From Candidatus Methylomirabilota bacterium (lineage in GTDB: Bacteria; Verrucomicrobiota; Verrucomicrobiia; Limisphaerales; DATKEE01), in contig DATKEE010000310.1 in NCBI GenBank assembly GCA_035544555.1, positions 1-25,025 on the forward strand: 25,025 nt of DNA. Reading direction: 5' to 3'. Position numbers and translations under genes: made by a program. Within the stretch, counting starts at the first letter, position 1. Each line of letters opens with the position of its first letter. Under the pieces are notes generated by a model. The model was not told the origin of the DNA and did not search any database. It saw only the letters and a program-made list of their open reading frames with translations. This document shows positions 1-8,865 of the stretch, piece after piece.

Positions 1-1
1 C

Positions 2-82
2 GCGGACGGCGACACGGCCACGGTGATCGACCCCACCACCTCCGCCGTTCAGAAGTACTATCGCGTGATTCTGCTGCCTTGA
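2..82 (+). CDS. 3' end of a gene entering from the left edge (partial), probably a secreted protein
   Basis: Frame 2 reads ADGDTATVIDPTTSAVQKYYRVILLP* (TGA 80-82). The 'T..D.......YYRV' tail resembles the C-terminal motif common on verrucomicrobial extracellular proteins (recalled). Confidence 0.5.
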   Translation, partial: ADGDTATVIDPTTSAVQKYYRVILLP

Positions 83-84
83 GA

Positions 85-909
85 TCAAGGCGGATCCAGG
101 GCGCACAACGTGGCCCAATACTCCACGAGATTGCCACCGTCTGTACCCGTGTTTCGGGCTTTCAACAGTCGATCCAATTCCTTCAGATCGGCGTTGGCCT
201 CCACACGGGCGGAATGGTCAACAGGGACCGTGGCGTGATTCTGAAGACGGTCCAGCGCGACCTGGAAATTCCGATAAGCGGCCAGCTTGGCCTGGAGCAG
301 ATACTGATGCACCGGATGATCCGTCTCCGCGAGTTTGCGCGCGGATTGGATGTCGGAGATCGCCCCGTTCGCGCCGATGAGGAGTGCCTCGACTTCCGGG
401 AGCGAATTCCCGCGGAGAATCTTGTGGTATGCCTGATCGGTCTTGATCAGTCCCGGAAGCGCCCACAGCAGGGCCTGGTCACGCGGGTAAATCTGGTCGG
501 CGGCGGTTTCTCGTGCCTCGACCGCGGTGGCCAGGGCTCCGTCAAAATGACCCAGCCGCCACTGGCTCAGCGCTTTCAACGTCAGCGCCGTACCCCACAA
601 TCCATCCTGGCGCAGCCGTTGACGGTCCGCGGCCTCGAGCTTCTCCAGACTCAGCAACGCGCTGGCATATCCATTCCGGGCCGACGACCATGCCGCCAGG
701 GTTCCGCCGCCGCTCGCGTCGATCGGCGTCGTGGACTCCAGTCGCAACGCGTTCTCGGCGGCGGCGGCCTGGTTGAAGGACTCTTGCGCGTCCCGGAGGT
801 GATTGACGCTGACGCAGCCGGTAGCCGCCACGATGGCAAGGATTCCGGCCAGCGCCGACAGGGTTCCAACCGGATTCCGGCGAGGGATGGAGTGACGGGC
901 TTCGATCAT
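85..909 (-). CDS. Hypothetical lipoprotein, predominantly alpha-helical (TPR-like), 274 aa
   Basis: ATG at 909 follows AAGGAG (915-920) and overlaps the upstream stop (ATGA). The N-terminus has RR, a hydrophobic stretch and a lipobox-like AATG-C32. The ORF-track start at 1029 lies inside the upstream gene. Confidence 0.75.
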   Translation of the reverse strand: MIEARHSIPRRNPVGTLSALAGILAIVAATGCVSVNHLRDAQESFNQAAAAENALRLESTTPIDASGGGTLAAWSSARNGYASALLSLEKLEAADRQRLRQDGLWGTALTLKALSQWRLGHFDGALATAVEARETAADQIYPRDQALLWALPGLIKTDQAYHKILRGNSLPEVEALLIGANGAISDIQSARKLAETDHPVHQYLLQAKLAAYRNFQVALDRLQNHATVPVDHSARVEANADLKELDRLLKARNTGTDGGNLVEYWATLCALDPP

Positions 910-2753
910 GGAGTCTCCTTTTTCTTGCGGGCGGGCTTTTTGGTCAGGGCCTTGTGCAAGGCGAGTTCGAAGGCGGGAAGATCGAATGCCTCCCCCCGGG
1001 TCAACGCGGCGAGTTGCTTCCGGAGACATCCTTCCAGCACGGCGACGGTTTCAGCACGCGGACGCGATCCGGCCAGTTCCGCAAGCACGCTCTTCACAAG
1101 ATTCAAAAGCACCTCCGGCCGCCTGACCTGCCAGGCGGCGGACTCCCCGAGATCCGGGTCGAAGACCGCTTGCAAAATCGCATCCAGAACGGCGGCGACC
1201 AGCGGGGGTGGGTCGCCGGTGCCGTCGCCGGACACAGGTTTGAGGAATTCCACACGACGGGCCGACGCCTGAACGACGGCTCGAACGATATCCGCGGCGA
1301 TGACCGGGCTCAATTGAGGACTGGCGCGAAGGCGGATCATGCGGAGCGCCGACTCGAGCACGAGTTTGAGGCGTTCGTCCTCTTTCCCCGTAATGGCCGC
1401 GAGCCAGGCCGGGTTGGCGGCCAGTTCGTCCAGCACCGCATCAGTGATTGTGATCAGTTCGGTGCGACCGAACGCGGGCGACCAGACATCCTCTATGGAT
1501 GAGGGACGGCTCAGGACTTCGAGTGTCGTTTGGGCGGCCATCAGCAAGAGATGCCGCCCGGGTTCGCGACCGGGGTTCGGCCACAGCAGGGGGAGATTCT
1601 CTCCCGTCTTCTCGAGGATCAACCGCATCACCTCCGGAACGGTGTCTCGTGCCAACAGGTTCTCGCTCCCCGCAAGCCGCGTGGCCATCTCCCCAAGCAA
1701 GCGTTGAAACCCGGCGTGATTGCCTTTGAGGAAAAGATCCGGATGTTCGCCGGCCACCGCGAGGGCGGGTCGGAGTATCCGCGTCACGCTCTGCCGGCTG
1801 AACAAGCGGTCGATGGACAGTCCGGACTCATCGAGCAGAAGTCCCAGCACCGATTCACCGACACGGCTGACGAGTTCGGCGCCGGCTTCCTCCTGGACAC
1901 CGAGAAAGCGCTCCGGATGGGCCAGCACGTGTCCGCCCGCGCTCGAGAGCAGGCTGCGGAATACAGTTTCCGCCCAGTCCGAAAGACGCGCCTCCCGCAC
2001 GAGATCCGACCCGCCGCCGGCCCGGAGTTGCTCGATGTGACGAGCCACGTCCGAGCTCAGCGACCGGGTCACGACCCTGACCAGTTCCTGTGTTTTCGTG
2101 TCGCCGGAGAGGAGATCGGATTGTTCCGACACGGTTTCCAGCGTGGCGACGAACAGCCGGGCGGGCAGGGTTCCCAGTTTCTCCTCGCTGAACCGGATGT
2201 CACCCATCGCCTCGAGGAAACCGGCGATGGGCTTTCCATGTCGCGAATCCCGGTTCAACGCGCCTGGCACGTTCGCCAGATAATCCACGCCGATTTCGAC
2301 GAATGTTCCGGCGAGCCGCTGGAGAACAGGCGGATTGGGATCCGCTCCGCGCCGCCACTGGCGGATGGTGATGAGGGCGTTGAATCCCTCCCCGTCCAGC
2401 GTGCTGCCGTCCGGGGCGACACCCAGCCCGTTCCTTGCGGCACGATCCAGATTGAAGAACTCGCGGTGCAGCTCGCACAACTCGGCCTCCTCGTCTTCGG
2501 TCAGGGACTGGCCGGGCGACCGGCGCTTCTGAAGGAGGGCGCCGAGTGTCGGCGACGACGCGACACGATGTCCGCCCGGTCCGGCGAAATAGTTGGCGGC
2601 GGAAGTGATATCGGGAGTGGCAAAAAAATCCGGCAGCGGCAGCACCAGTTCGCGCCGCTGTGTGGACTCCACATAGGCGCGGCGCATCTGTTGCCCCAGT
2701 TTGATGGAACTGCGGATGGCGAACATCACCAGGGCTGCCGAATCCGTGATCAC
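906..2753 (-). CDS. Hypothetical 615-aa amphipathic helical-repeat protein
   Basis: GTG start 6 nt after AGGAG (2760-2764). No signal peptide. Recurrent helices such as VLAHPERFL, AGEHPDLFL, TGENLPLLW, LAANPAWL. No catalytic motif recognised. Confidence 0.75.
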   Translation of the reverse strand: MITDSAALVMFAIRSSIKLGQQMRRAYVESTQRRELVLPLPDFFATPDITSAANYFAGPGGHRVASSPTLGALLQKRRSPGQSLTEDEEAELCELHREFFNLDRAARNGLGVAPDGSTLDGEGFNALITIRQWRRGADPNPPVLQRLAGTFVEIGVDYLANVPGALNRDSRHGKPIAGFLEAMGDIRFSEEKLGTLPARLFVATLETVSEQSDLLSGDTKTQELVRVVTRSLSSDVARHIEQLRAGGGSDLVREARLSDWAETVFRSLLSSAGGHVLAHPERFLGVQEEAGAELVSRVGESVLGLLLDESGLSIDRLFSRQSVTRILRPALAVAGEHPDLFLKGNHAGFQRLLGEMATRLAGSENLLARDTVPEVMRLILEKTGENLPLLWPNPGREPGRHLLLMAAQTTLEVLSRPSSIEDVWSPAFGRTELITITDAVLDELAANPAWLAAITGKEDERLKLVLESALRMIRLRASPQLSPVIAADIVRAVVQASARRVEFLKPVSGDGTGDPPPLVAAVLDAILQAVFDPDLGESAAWQVRRPEVLLNLVKSVLAELAGSRPRAETVAVLEGCLRKQLAALTRGEAFDLPAFELALHKALTKKPARKKKETP

Positions 2754-2784
2754 GATATTCTCCTGTTACCGCGCGGCGGCCGGC

Positions 2785-4113
2785 TCAGCTTCGTCCGGAT
2801 GGGAAGACTCGCTGCACCATGCGGTCCAACAGGGGCGCTCCCACATAACCGCTCAGGGCGGCCACCACGAACGCCCCCAATTCCGTCCCCAACGCCGGCG
2901 TTGGAAACCCGCCAATCACCATTCCCGCGGTGACCGCGGCAACCGCCACCGCGCCCACCAGGCAGCCTTCCATGATGAGGCGCGCGCGTTTGGATCTGGA
3001 ACGGGTGGGATTGCGAAAGAAACGTCCGCCGCCGCCGGCGCAGCCTCCAATGACCGTGGCCACAATAAAGGCCAGCGGAAAGATGAACCGGATCTCGGCG
3101 GTCGCCTGGAGACCGTCGGCACTGGCCGTCACGAGGGCTGTGCCCGAACCCGAAGACCGCAGGCTGGCGGCCGCCATGCCGGAGCCCGCGGGAATTTGCA
3201 TCGAACCCTCGGGTTCCAGTTTTCCACGCGTGGTGCTGAGACGGAGCGTGAGCGGCGCGTCAATGTTCAGACCCGAGCCATCCTCCGCGAGGCGTTCGAC
3301 GGTGAGCGTGGTGGTGCCCAATCCAAAGCCAAACACGCGACTCACGGCCGGCACGATCTCGAGCCGTCCGAACCGCGGCACCATCTCGACCGGATGGACC
3401 AGCTCTCCCATGTCGCTCCGGGCGAGGACGGCGGCCGATTCATCCAGGCGCGGGCATTGAAGCGTCGCCTCCTGGTATCCGCCGGTGCCGGTGCGCTGGA
3501 TCAGGACGCGGGTGGGTTGGACCGCGGCGCCGGACGGAAAGAATTCGATGCTGACGGGCGGTTCAAGATCGATCGAGCCGGTGTGATTGGTCAGGTCCAG
3601 ACCCACCACGAGTGTCGTGACGTAGGCGTTTTGTTGATCGTTCCAGGGAACCGGTGTCTGCCGGGTTCGCAGGAACAGGCGTCCATGAGCTGCCTGGGCG
3701 GGTGCGCCCGGACGGGGGGACCAGTTACAAACCATCAACCCTGGAAAATGACTTCTGCCTTCGATGGGCGCTTTGGTTGCCGAAGGCGTACGGGGCAGCA
3801 GGATGGCCTGACGATTGGCCTGAACAACGAGATTGGTCTGACCGGCGGAGACTTCGAGGGCTTCGGGTGCAACCCTCCAGGTGGAGCCCGCGTTCACCCG
3901 AACCTCATAATTCTGAAGGGTGACTGCCCCGAGATCCACCGGCACCGCCAGGGCATTGGCGCGGGTGAGGACCGGCTGCCGGACACTGACACTCGGTCCC
4001 GCCTCCAAGCGTGATCGCAGCAGATTGGTGGACAGGGTTCGGGAAGTAACCGGTTGAGCGGACACGACCTGGACCGCCAGGAGGAACGACGCGACAATCC
4101 ATGTGGTTCTCAT
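2785..4113 (-). CDS. Hypothetical exported beta-rich/Ig-like protein with three C-terminal TM helices
   Basis: ATG 4113 lies 7 nt from AGGA (GTG 4119 is the alternative). Signal peptide MRTTWIVASFLLAVQVVSA. Beta-rich middle with an Ig-like segment (TTTLTV...ALVTASADG). Gly-rich hydrophobic helices FPLAFIVATVIGGCAGG, LIMEGCLVGAVAVAAVTAG, LGAFVVAALSGYVG. Confidence 0.75.
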   Translation of the reverse strand: MRTTWIVASFLLAVQVVSAQPVTSRTLSTNLLRSRLEAGPSVSVRQPVLTRANALAVPVDLGAVTLQNYEVRVNAGSTWRVAPEALEVSAGQTNLVVQANRQAILLPRTPSATKAPIEGRSHFPGLMVCNWSPRPGAPAQAAHGRLFLRTRQTPVPWNDQQNAYVTTLVVGLDLTNHTGSIDLEPPVSIEFFPSGAAVQPTRVLIQRTGTGGYQEATLQCPRLDESAAVLARSDMGELVHPVEMVPRFGRLEIVPAVSRVFGFGLGTTTLTVERLAEDGSGLNIDAPLTLRLSTTRGKLEPEGSMQIPAGSGMAAASLRSSGSGTALVTASADGLQATAEIRFIFPLAFIVATVIGGCAGGGGRFFRNPTRSRSKRARLIMEGCLVGAVAVAAVTAGMVIGGFPTPALGTELGAFVVAALSGYVGAPLLDRMVQRVFPSGRS

Positions 4114-4375
4114 GATCACATCCTGTTATCGCCGCCGCTTCGACCCCGCATCCGGGCTGGAGAGCCCACCGTCAAACCCGGGGGGCCCGGCGGCGATGGA
4201 ACACCGCTCCTTGTATCACTCCCTGGCGGACAATGTCACTGTGAAATAGAGCTGGCCTTGGGTCCGCGAGCGAGGGGCGCGGCGTTTTTCCTTCGCCTTG
4301 GCACTGACAGACAGGCCGGCGGACACGCCACACCGCATCACCGTTCAAATGGACTGGAGTATCGCCCGGCGGCGG

Positions 4376-5161
4376 TTACCACCAGAAGGCGGGACGGTTT
4401 CCCCCGGCCCGATAACGCAGGCGCATGTTGTTCTCGAATTGCCGCCACTCGACGTGTCCGTCCATGAAAAGAATGTTGCCGCCCGCGGGCCGGCCGCCAC
4501 TCGAAAGATGGCTCGTCGTGTGAGCTTCGACGATGCCGCTGGTGCTGTTGATGCGGCTGAAATTGTTGGTGTCGGGGGATTCGGACATGACGATGTCCAC
4601 AAAGATCTCCGTGGTGGAGGGATTGGGCACAATCAGCTTCTCCTGAAAGATGGGCGGTTGCGGGAGGCCCCGGCCCGGCGGCGGCGGTTCGCTGATTCCA
4701 TCGCGTTTGATGAGCACGCCGTAGCTGAGCACGCATCGGGTGCTGCTGGGGTTCCCGCTGGAGAAGTACCACCAGCGGTCGATGTTATCCAACTGGGATT
4801 TGTAATAAGCGTGGAAGGCGGGGCAGAAGAGAATCTCCCGCTGCGCGCCGTCGTTCACCAGCAGGTCGCGGGTATTGGCGCTGATATCCCAGAGCCAGTT
4901 GCCGGCGGCGCCGGGCGTGTAGGGAAGGCGGTCGCGGTTGTCGCCGGCGTACATGTTCAAGGTGATGCCGATCTGGCGGAGGTTGCTGGTGCACTTCGCG
5001 CGGCGGGCCCGTTCCTTGGCTGAACTCAAGGCGGGCAGAAGCATGGCGGCCAGGATCGCGATGATGGCAATGACCACCAGCAGCTCGATCAGCGTGAAGC
5101 CACGCCTGCCAGCGGCAGGAAGGTGGAATCGGGTCAAGGCGCGCTTCGTGAACAGTTTCAT
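4376..5161 (-). CDS. Prepilin-type N-terminal cleavage/methylation protein, DUF1559 / H-X9-DG-CTERM-like
   Basis: G|[22 protein letters not shown], then C.SNLRQIG and C-terminal H...[11 protein letters not shown]. Start uncertain (5161, 5182 or 5200). Stop is TAA. Confidence 0.9.
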   Translation of the reverse strand: MKLFTKRALTRFHLPAAGRRGFTLIELLVVIAIIAILAAMLLPALSSAKERARRAKCTSNLRQIGITLNMYAGDNRDRLPYTPGAAGNWLWDISANTRDLLVNDGAQREILFCPAFHAYYKSQLDNIDRWWYFSSGNPSSTRCVLSYGVLIKRDGISEPPPPGRGLPQPPIFQEKLIVPNPSTTEIFVDIVMSESPDTNNFSRINSTSGIVEAHTTSHLSSGGRPAGGNILFMDGHVEWRQFENNMRLRYRAGGNRPAFWW

Positions 5162-5350
5162 AATGATTCTCAGGTTGATCATCCGGCCCGCCCGGGTCAC
5201 GCGTGGTCAGAGGAACAGCGCCGTCCGGCCTGGCCGGTGGGTGGATATGGCAGGCAAACTAGCAGGCGCGGGGATAACGGGAAATACTATTTTCCTATGG
5301 GAACCATCATATTCCGAAATGGAAAGGGGAGGGTGCCAATGCGCTGATCG

Positions 5351-5560
5351 CCGCACTCCAAAACGTCGCCGCCTTCGCGCGGGGCTTCCCAAATCTCGCG
5401 CCAGCGTTTTGGAGTGCGGTTGTGGGCGAAGCCCTCTACCGCTTTCGACTGCCGGACGGGCGCTCATCCAACGCACCACTCCCCATCCGCTCGAAAGCGG
5501 CGAATCCGCTCCGCTGCATCGCCGCAGTCCAAAACGTCGCCGACCTCGGGTGGGGCTTCC
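5351..5560. repeat. REP/BIME-like composite (GGAGTGCGG family)
   Basis: Perfect 15-bp IR ccgcactccaaaacg (5351-5365) / cgttttggagtgcgg (5405-5419). 10-bp IR ccgctttcga (5439-5448) / tcgaaagcgg (5491-5500). A ~40-bp imperfect direct repeat starts at 5351 and at 5522. Confidence 0.75.
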
Positions 5561-5583
5561 CCAGTCGCCGGTCCCGCAATCTC

Positions 5584-6909
5584 TCAGGCCTTCGGATATT
5601 CCCACTCACCGCGATACTTTCGTTCGAGCTGCCGGTTCGCCTCGTCGTCGCCGATGACGAGTTCCTTGTCGCCGTCCCAGTCCAGGCTGCGGCCCAGCTT
5701 GAGGGACATCATGCCGAGCAGGCTCATGTTCGTGGATCGATGCCCGATCTCGATGTCGCAGACCGGATGGCGGCCGCTCTTGATGGACTTCAGGAAATCG
5801 GCCCAGAGTTCCTTGATATTCTGGCTGTCGGGCTGATGGAGTTTGGGGGGTTCGTGGACGACGGGTTGGTTGGAGTTCGAGGGATAGAACCTCCATCCAT
5901 CCTGCCAGCCGATGTGAAGGGTGCCGCGGGTGCCATAGAAGTAGCAACCGACGTTTTCGCCTTTCTCGGCGTTGTTGCCCGCGAACTGGCGATGCTCCCA
6001 GACCGCGGAGAACGACTCGAATTGGAAGTGGGTGATTTGATGGTCGGGAGCATCGGTGGTCTGCGCCTCGGGGGTGAAGACCGGTTCGCCCTTGATGGCG
6101 CGCCCGCCGACCGAATCAACGCGTTTCGGCCATTTCTCGTCGCTCCACCAGAGGATCTGGTCCATCCAGTGGATGCCCCAGTCGCCGAGGGTGCCATTGG
6201 CGTAATCGAGAAATTGCCGGAAGCCCTTCGGATGAATCCTGCGGTTGAAGGGGCGCAGCGGCGCAGGGCCGCACCACATGTCCCAATCGAGGCCCGCCGG
6301 CGGTTCGGCGTTGGGTTCGGGATTCTCCGGCCCGCCGCCGTAATGGACAAAGGCGCGGACCATTCCGATCTTACCCGCCCTGCCGGACTTCAGGAACTCC
6401 ATGCCGGAAACATTGTGGGGCGAGACACGGCGGTGGGTGCCGACCTGGACGATTTTGCCGGCGTCGCGGGCGGCTTTGACCATCGCGCGTCCCTCCCGGA
6501 TGGTGTGGCCGACCGGTTTCTCCACATAGACGTGCGCGCCGGCCTTCACAGCGGCGATGGTGATCAATGGATGCCAGTGGTCGGGGGTGCCGACGATGAC
6601 GATCTCCGGCTTTTCCCGCTCCAGGAGTTCGCGGTAATCCTTGTAGGATTTGGGCTGATCGCCGGTTTCCTTTTGCACGCGTTCGAGGGCGGGATGGAGG
6701 AGGGAGTCATCGACGTCGCACATCGCGACGACCTTGCATTCACCGGAGGCCATGGCCTCGCCGAGAATGTTCATGCCCCACCAGCCGGTGCCGACGATGG
6801 CGGTGCGGTATTTGCGGGCGGGGGAATCGGCGCCGAGCAGGGGGAGGGCGGAAAAGGCGACGCCGACGGCGGCGGTGGACTTGAGGAACTGGCGACGGGG
6901 CAGGTTCAT
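5584..6909 (-). CDS. Tat-exported Gfo/Idh/MocA family oxidoreductase
   Basis: Tat motif PRRQFLK, Rossmann AIVGTGWWG, GTPDHWH, YVEKP, GTLGDWGIHWMD. Confidence 0.92.
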   Translation of the reverse strand: MNLPRRQFLKSTAAVGVAFSALPLLGADSPARKYRTAIVGTGWWGMNILGEAMASGECKVVAMCDVDDSLLHPALERVQKETGDQPKSYKDYRELLEREKPEIVIVGTPDHWHPLITIAAVKAGAHVYVEKPVGHTIREGRAMVKAARDAGKIVQVGTHRRVSPHNVSGMEFLKSGRAGKIGMVRAFVHYGGGPENPEPNAEPPAGLDWDMWCGPAPLRPFNRRIHPKGFRQFLDYANGTLGDWGIHWMDQILWWSDEKWPKRVDSVGGRAIKGEPVFTPEAQTTDAPDHQITHFQFESFSAVWEHRQFAGNNAEKGENVGCYFYGTRGTLHIGWQDGWRFYPSNSNQPVVHEPPKLHQPDSQNIKELWADFLKSIKSGRHPVCDIEIGHRSTNMSLLGMMSLKLGRSLDWDGDKELVIGDDEANRQLERKYRGEWEYPKA

Positions 6910-7048
6910 GGCGGGGCGGGGGTTGAGTGTGAGAGGGCTTCGGGTGCGGCGCTCAAGCTGTGTTTCCAGTGCTCAACCGTCAAGCCGAAACGAAAGGGGT
7001 CACCCGTTACGAAAACGGCGGCGAATACCCCAAATGAATTGCTGATTG

Positions 7049-7077
7049 GATGTCCTCCATTGCCGCCCTTGTTCGTC
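7049..7077 (+). promoter_or_regulatory. Possible ECF-sigma promoter (GATGTC-N17-TTCGTC)
   Basis: GATGTC 7049-7054 and TTCGTC 7072-7077, ~50 nt upstream of the VOC gene. Resembles a motif I recall upstream of VOC/YciI genes; not verified. Confidence 0.3.
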
Positions 7078-7127
7078 GTTCCGGTGAATCCTACGTTATC
7101 GGCCGGCAATCAAACTCACGAAAAACC

Positions 7128-7559
7128 ATGACCGCACCCAAAACCTCCCCTGTCGTTCAAGCCTACCTGTTCTTCGGCGGCCACTGCGAAGAGGCGCTCG
7201 AATTCTACCGCACCGCCCTCGGCGCGCAGGTGGACATGATGATGCGCTACAAGGACAGTCCCGAGCCGCCCGCGCCCGGCATGGTCCCGCCGGGCTATGA
7301 AAACTAAGTCATGCACGCCAGCTTCCGCATCGGCGGCACGATGATCATGGCCTCCGACGGCTGCGGGGAGGACGCGGGTTTCGGGGGCTTCTCCCTCTCG
7401 CTGACGCTCTCCAATACCGCCGACGCCGACCAGTATTTCGCCGCGCTTTCGGAGGGCGGGCAAGTGCAAATGCCGCTGGCGAAGACGTTCTGGTCGCCGC
7501 GGTTCGGCATGGTGACGGACCGCTTCGGCCTCGGCTGGATGATCAATGTGATGGCGTAG
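7128..7559 (+). pseudogene. PhnB/VOC (glyoxalase-like) gene with one in-frame TAA
   Basis: MTAPKTSPVVQAYLFFGGHCEEALEFY...GYEN-[TAA 7305-7307]-VMHASFRIG...MPLAKTFWSPRFGMVTDRFGLGWMINV. Both halves are in the same frame. Lys is typical at the stop position (..NKVMHA). Confidence 0.85.
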
Positions 7560-7639
7560 CGCGGTCATGCTTACATCCCTCCGCGGCGGCAGGACGGGCT
7601 TCGATTGCAATTTCGGCCAGTCCTGCTTTTCTCTTGCGC

Positions 7640-8509
7640 ATGCTCAATGCCGCGGTGGCGAAGTATTTGCGGACGCTCCTCATTCTGGGCCGGACCTCGA
7701 ACCTGCCGACCGTCTGGTCCAACTGCATCGCGGGCTGGTATCTCGGGGCAGGGGAGGACTGGACGCGTTTGCTCGTGCTCTGCGTGGGGGCCACGTGCCT
7801 CTACCTCGGGGGAATGTTTCTGAACGACGCGTTTGACGCGGACTTCGACCGCCAGCATCGCTCCGAACGACCGATCCCCACGGGCGCCATCAGCGTCGGC
7901 GGAGTCTGGCTGTGGGGGCTGGGGTGGCTGGCCGCGGGGGCCTTGATCCTGATGCAGTTTGGCCGCGTCACGGCGATCCTCACGTTGCTGCTGTTGATCT
8001 GCATTTTGATCTACGACGCCGTGCACAAGGCCATGGCCTTCGCGCCGGTTTTGATGGCGGTGTGCCGTTTTCTGCTGTATCTGGTCGCGTCCTCCGTCTC
8101 GGAACAGGGGGTGGGCGGTCTGGCGATCTGGGGCGGTTTTGCCCTGGCCGCCTACATCATTGGCCTCAGTTTCATTGCCCGTCGGGAGAGCACGCGCGGA
8201 GCGGTGAGCGGGTGGCCGGCGATCCTGCTGTTGGCGCCCATCGGACTGGCGATGCTGGTGAACACCGGGAGCTACCTGACCACGGCGCTGCAACTCTCCG
8301 TGCTGCTCGGACTCTGGATTCTGTGGTGTCTGAGCCACACCCTCTGGCGGCCCAACCGGAACGTGGGACGCACCGTGGCGGGTCTGCTGGCTGGAATTGT
8401 TCTGGTGGACCTCGTGGCCATCACCGGAGCCCCTCTATGGCTGGGAATGCTCCTGCTCGTCTTGTTCGCCTCCACCCTGGTATTTCAACGATTCATCCCG
8501 GCGACGTGA
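7640..8509 (+). CDS. eboC: UbiA-family prenyltransferase, EboC-like
   Basis: L.R.SNLPTVWSN, aspartate-rich LNDAFDADFDRQHRSERPIP, YDAVHK, multiple TM helices, end FIPAT. eboD/eboF-like genes lie nearby. Confidence 0.85.
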   Translation: MLNAAVAKYLRTLLILGRTSNLPTVWSNCIAGWYLGAGEDWTRLLVLCVGATCLYLGGMFLNDAFDADFDRQHRSERPIPTGAISVGGVWLWGLGWLAAGALILMQFGRVTAILTLLLLICILIYDAVHKAMAFAPVLMAVCRFLLYLVASSVSEQGVGGLAIWGGFALAAYIIGLSFIARRESTRGAVSGWPAILLLAPIGLAMLVNTGSYLTTALQLSVLLGLWILWCLSHTLWRPNRNVGRTVAGLLAGIVLVDLVAITGAPLWLGMLLLVLFASTLVFQRFIPAT

Positions 8510-8603
8510 CCTGCTCCTTGGGGGCTTCATCCCGACTTCCGCCGTGGTTCCCCCCTTTTTGTTTCCTGAATTGGATTACCTTTCACCATCCGCTGGCTCT
8601 CGT

Positions 8604-8632
8604 TTGACAATATGGCCGTATTACCATATTTA
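8604..8632 (+). promoter_or_regulatory. Sigma70-like promoter overlapped by a palindromic operator of the TA pair
   Basis: TTGACA 8604-8609, 17 nt spacer, weak -10 TATTTA 8627-8632. Perfect IR aatatgg (8609-8615)-N8-ccatatt (8624-8630). Confidence 0.6.
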
Positions 8633-8640
8633 CTGTAATC

Positions 8641-8865
8641 ATGAAAACTACGATTGATTTGCCTGAGGACCTTCTACATCGCGCCAAAGTCGTCGCAGCT
8701 CAACGAAAGACCACCCTCAAGGAACTCGTGGAGACCGGCCTTGGCTGGGTTCTGCGCGCGGATGCCGGGAGCGCCGACCGGACGGCAGCGCTGGCCCGCT
8801 TGCAAAATGGACTTCACCTCGGTGACCGCCCCCTGACCCGAGACCAGGCCCATGAACGCCAGTAG
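8641..8865 (+). CDS. vapB: Ribbon-helix-helix antitoxin (VapB-like)
   Basis: MKTTIDLPEDLLHRAKVVAAQRKTTLKELVETGL (beta strand plus two helices). 74 aa, overlaps the PIN gene by 14 nt. Confidence 0.8.
   Translation: MKTTIDLPEDLLHRAKVVAAQRKTTLKELVETGLGWVLRADAGSADRTAALARLQNGLHLGDRPLTRDQAHERQ

Noticed and set aside
79-7131. Long plus-strand ORFs 79-1272, 1530-2933, 2701-4014, 4298-5023 and 5422-7131
   Set aside because: All overlap better-supported minus-strand genes that have an SD, signal peptide or family motifs.
7305-7307. Genome-wide stop-codon reassignment
   Set aside because: Only one internal stop in the window, TAA is used as a true stop at 4376-4378, and there is no SECIS or pyl context.
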